Shown: positions 62,011-64,000 of the stretch, piece after piece
Numbering within the stretch: position 1 is the first letter of the stretch
Layout of the letters: each line of letters opens with the position of its first letter
NCBI RefSeq assembly: GCF_006345805.1
Contig: NC_043006.1
Coordinates: 38,502,001 to 38,566,000 of the forward strand
DNA length: 64,000 bases
Direction of reading: 5' to 3'
Origin: Octopus sinensis
Taxonomy: Eukaryota
Notes under the pieces: generated by a model
What the model saw: only the letters and a program-made list of their open reading frames with translations
Told to the model about the DNA's origin: nothing
Database searches by the model: none
Program-made: the position numbers and the translations under genes

Positions 62011-63339
62011 AAACAAGTAGATAGATAAACCTAGAAACATGGTACAGGTGTATACATGTATACCTGAGTGAACACATTTATTCACACACACATACACACA
62101 CATGCACCTGCATATTTTCATCACACCAGAGGATTTCTTTGCTAGAAGCTGAGCTGTGATATGAAGGTATAACCAAACAGTTGCCAGGGCCAACGTCATT
62201 GATTTCATCACTATAGAGTAACCATGGAAATAGCTTATCCCTTTCGAATGACCAATCATTTGCAACAGATATAATAGCAGCGATACTAAAAACAAAAACA
62301 AACTGATAGGAAATGATAGCAACAGTTACAATAATAATAATAATAATAATAAGAAGAAGAAGAAGAAGAGTAATAGCAAGTAACATAATAATATAAGCAA
62401 CAGTAACAGCAATGATAGTAAGAGGTGGGGATGACGATATGTATTAATAATAATAATGACAATGGAAACATCGTCAATAGCAACAGGAGCCACAACAACA
62501 AGAGCAATAACAATTAAAACAGTATTAAGAAAGGTAACGAGTGTTGCAGTCACAACAGTTACATCTCTTAGTAACAACAACAACAGTAGCAACAACAGTA
62601 ACAAGGACATATTAGTAACAACAACAACAGTGGAGGTGCAATGGCCCAGTGGTTAGGGCAGCGGACTCGCGGTTGTAAGAACGTGGTTTCAATTCCCAGA
62701 CCGAGCATTGTGAGTGTTTATTGAGCAAAAGCACCTAATCTCCACCGCTGTACTTTTTCACCACAACTTTTTCTCACTCTTTCTTCCTACTTCTGCTACA
62801 AAGCAGAGGAACTATAGTGTAACCCACTATGATGGTGTGGTAAACTTTCAGACCCCAGTCTAGATGGTGAATCCTCTGTACCACAGGATGGTTCAGCTCT
62901 CCACCCGTTAAAAAGCCACCGTTTACGGAGTAAGGATAACAACGTAGCTTTTGTGCCCATGCAACTGCCAGTCTATCGCATGTGGTGGATGGATTTTGAA
63001 GTTGCCGCACGCATTCTTAGTAGCTTAGAGCAGGCTCGAATTAGAGATTATTCTTTGTGGCTAATGGCGTGAGTCCTGACAGGAAGTGGAAGAAGAAGAA
63101 GAAGAAGAAGAAGAAGAAGAAGAAGACAACAACAGTAACATTATAGTAAAACCTGATGCTACAACTGTAACAACAACAAAAGTGGCAACATAGTAACAAC
63201 AGTAACATCATAGTAACAACAGTGGCTACTGGTGTAACAACAATGGCAGCAATTACATTGGTGACAAATTTAGTAACATGAACAATAACAACTGCAAAAT
63301 CCAAAACGGTTCTGAAGTATTCATTTCATGTTTATTTGT

Positions 63340-63709
63340 TTTAAATGGTACCATACGAGCGTGATTGTTGCCAGAGCAACAGGTTGACCTCTGTGCCGGT
63401 GGCATGTAAAAAGCACCATTCGAGCGTGGTCATTGCCATTGCTGCTGGACTGGCTCCTGTGCAGATGGCACACAAAACGCACCATTTGAGCGTAGCCGTT
63501 GCCAATGTCGCCTGACTGGCTCTTGTGCAAGTGGCACGTAAAAGCACCCCTACACTCTCAGAGTGGTTGGTGTTAGGAAGGACATCCAGCTGTAGAAACT
63601 CTGCCAGATCAGATTGGAGCCTGGAGCAGCCATCTGGTTCGCCAGTCCTCTGTCAAATCGTCCAACCCATGCTAGCACGGAAAGCGGACGTTAAACAATG
63701 ATGATGATG
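63340..63709 (+). mobile_element. RTE LINE 3' UTR copy containing three 66-bp tandem units
   Basis: The GGCA(T/C)GTAAAA(A)GCACC motif recurs at 63401, 63467 and 63533; ends in a (GAT)n tail. Confidence 0.75.
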
Positions 63710-64000
63710 TAGTGTATGAATTGAGGAAAATTTGACTGCTGTTTCTAGCATCCTGAGTAACCATGAGCCCCCAAAGAAGTTGAGGTGGGCAAATATGGCA
63801 ACAGTTTCAGGATTCAACTTTAGCATTTAAACCGGCTGTATCTAGCATAAATATATTCTGCCTGCTCTACGTTCAAACTGGCTTGATCTGGCCTCTCACA
63901 CGTGCTGCAATGCCATCATAAAACTAAAGCAATCACCTCATTTAAAATCTTGAAGCAATGAGGTAATTGCAAGATTAATTTCAAATAATCATCATCAACA

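Noticed and set aside
62100-62280. Minus-strand open frame (DEINDVGPGNCLV...ENMQ|GT) as an upstream LamG1 exon
   Set aside because: No LamG motifs, weak donor, no clear acceptor.
60859-62322. 487-aa ORF as a single gene
   Set aside because: The N-terminal half is (TATC)n read-through (IYLS repeats) and flanking DNA fused by chance to a truncated, frameshifted Tx1 ORF2.

Overview
AT-rich, microsatellite-dense animal genomic DNA. The repeat families and style suggest a coleoid cephalopod, most likely Octopus (inference). The only host coding sequence I can support is three minus-strand exons (39303-39428, 30562-30799, 10889-11117) with canonical AG/GT sites and matching phases (1/1, 1/2, 2/0). 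They splice into an EGF domain plus most of a laminin-G domain of a pikachurin/EGFLAM-like protein; the flanking exons were not found and probably lie outside the window. The rest is intron filled with tRNA-derived SINEs, decayed LINE pieces (RTE, CR1/L2-group, Tx1, R4/Dong-like, Ingi/Vingi-like), Penelope-like (PLE) RT and GIY-YIG relics, Tc1 and hAT relics, MITEs and microsatellites. Best leads: (1) three distinct repeat families carrying minimal type I hammerhead-ribozyme folds, one apparently a tRNA-headed fold-back element; (2) a Tx1-type LINE inside a (GATA)n array whose variant-repeat pattern is duplicated on both sides (about 160 bp TSD-like); (3) a LINE and the dominant SINE sharing a 3' hairpin with a compensated stem; (4) a ~510 bp intronic inverted duplication; (5) a 26-bp minisatellite with a 78-bp higher-order unit grown from an RTE 3' UTR motif. 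All alignments and folds were done by eye; no searches were run.
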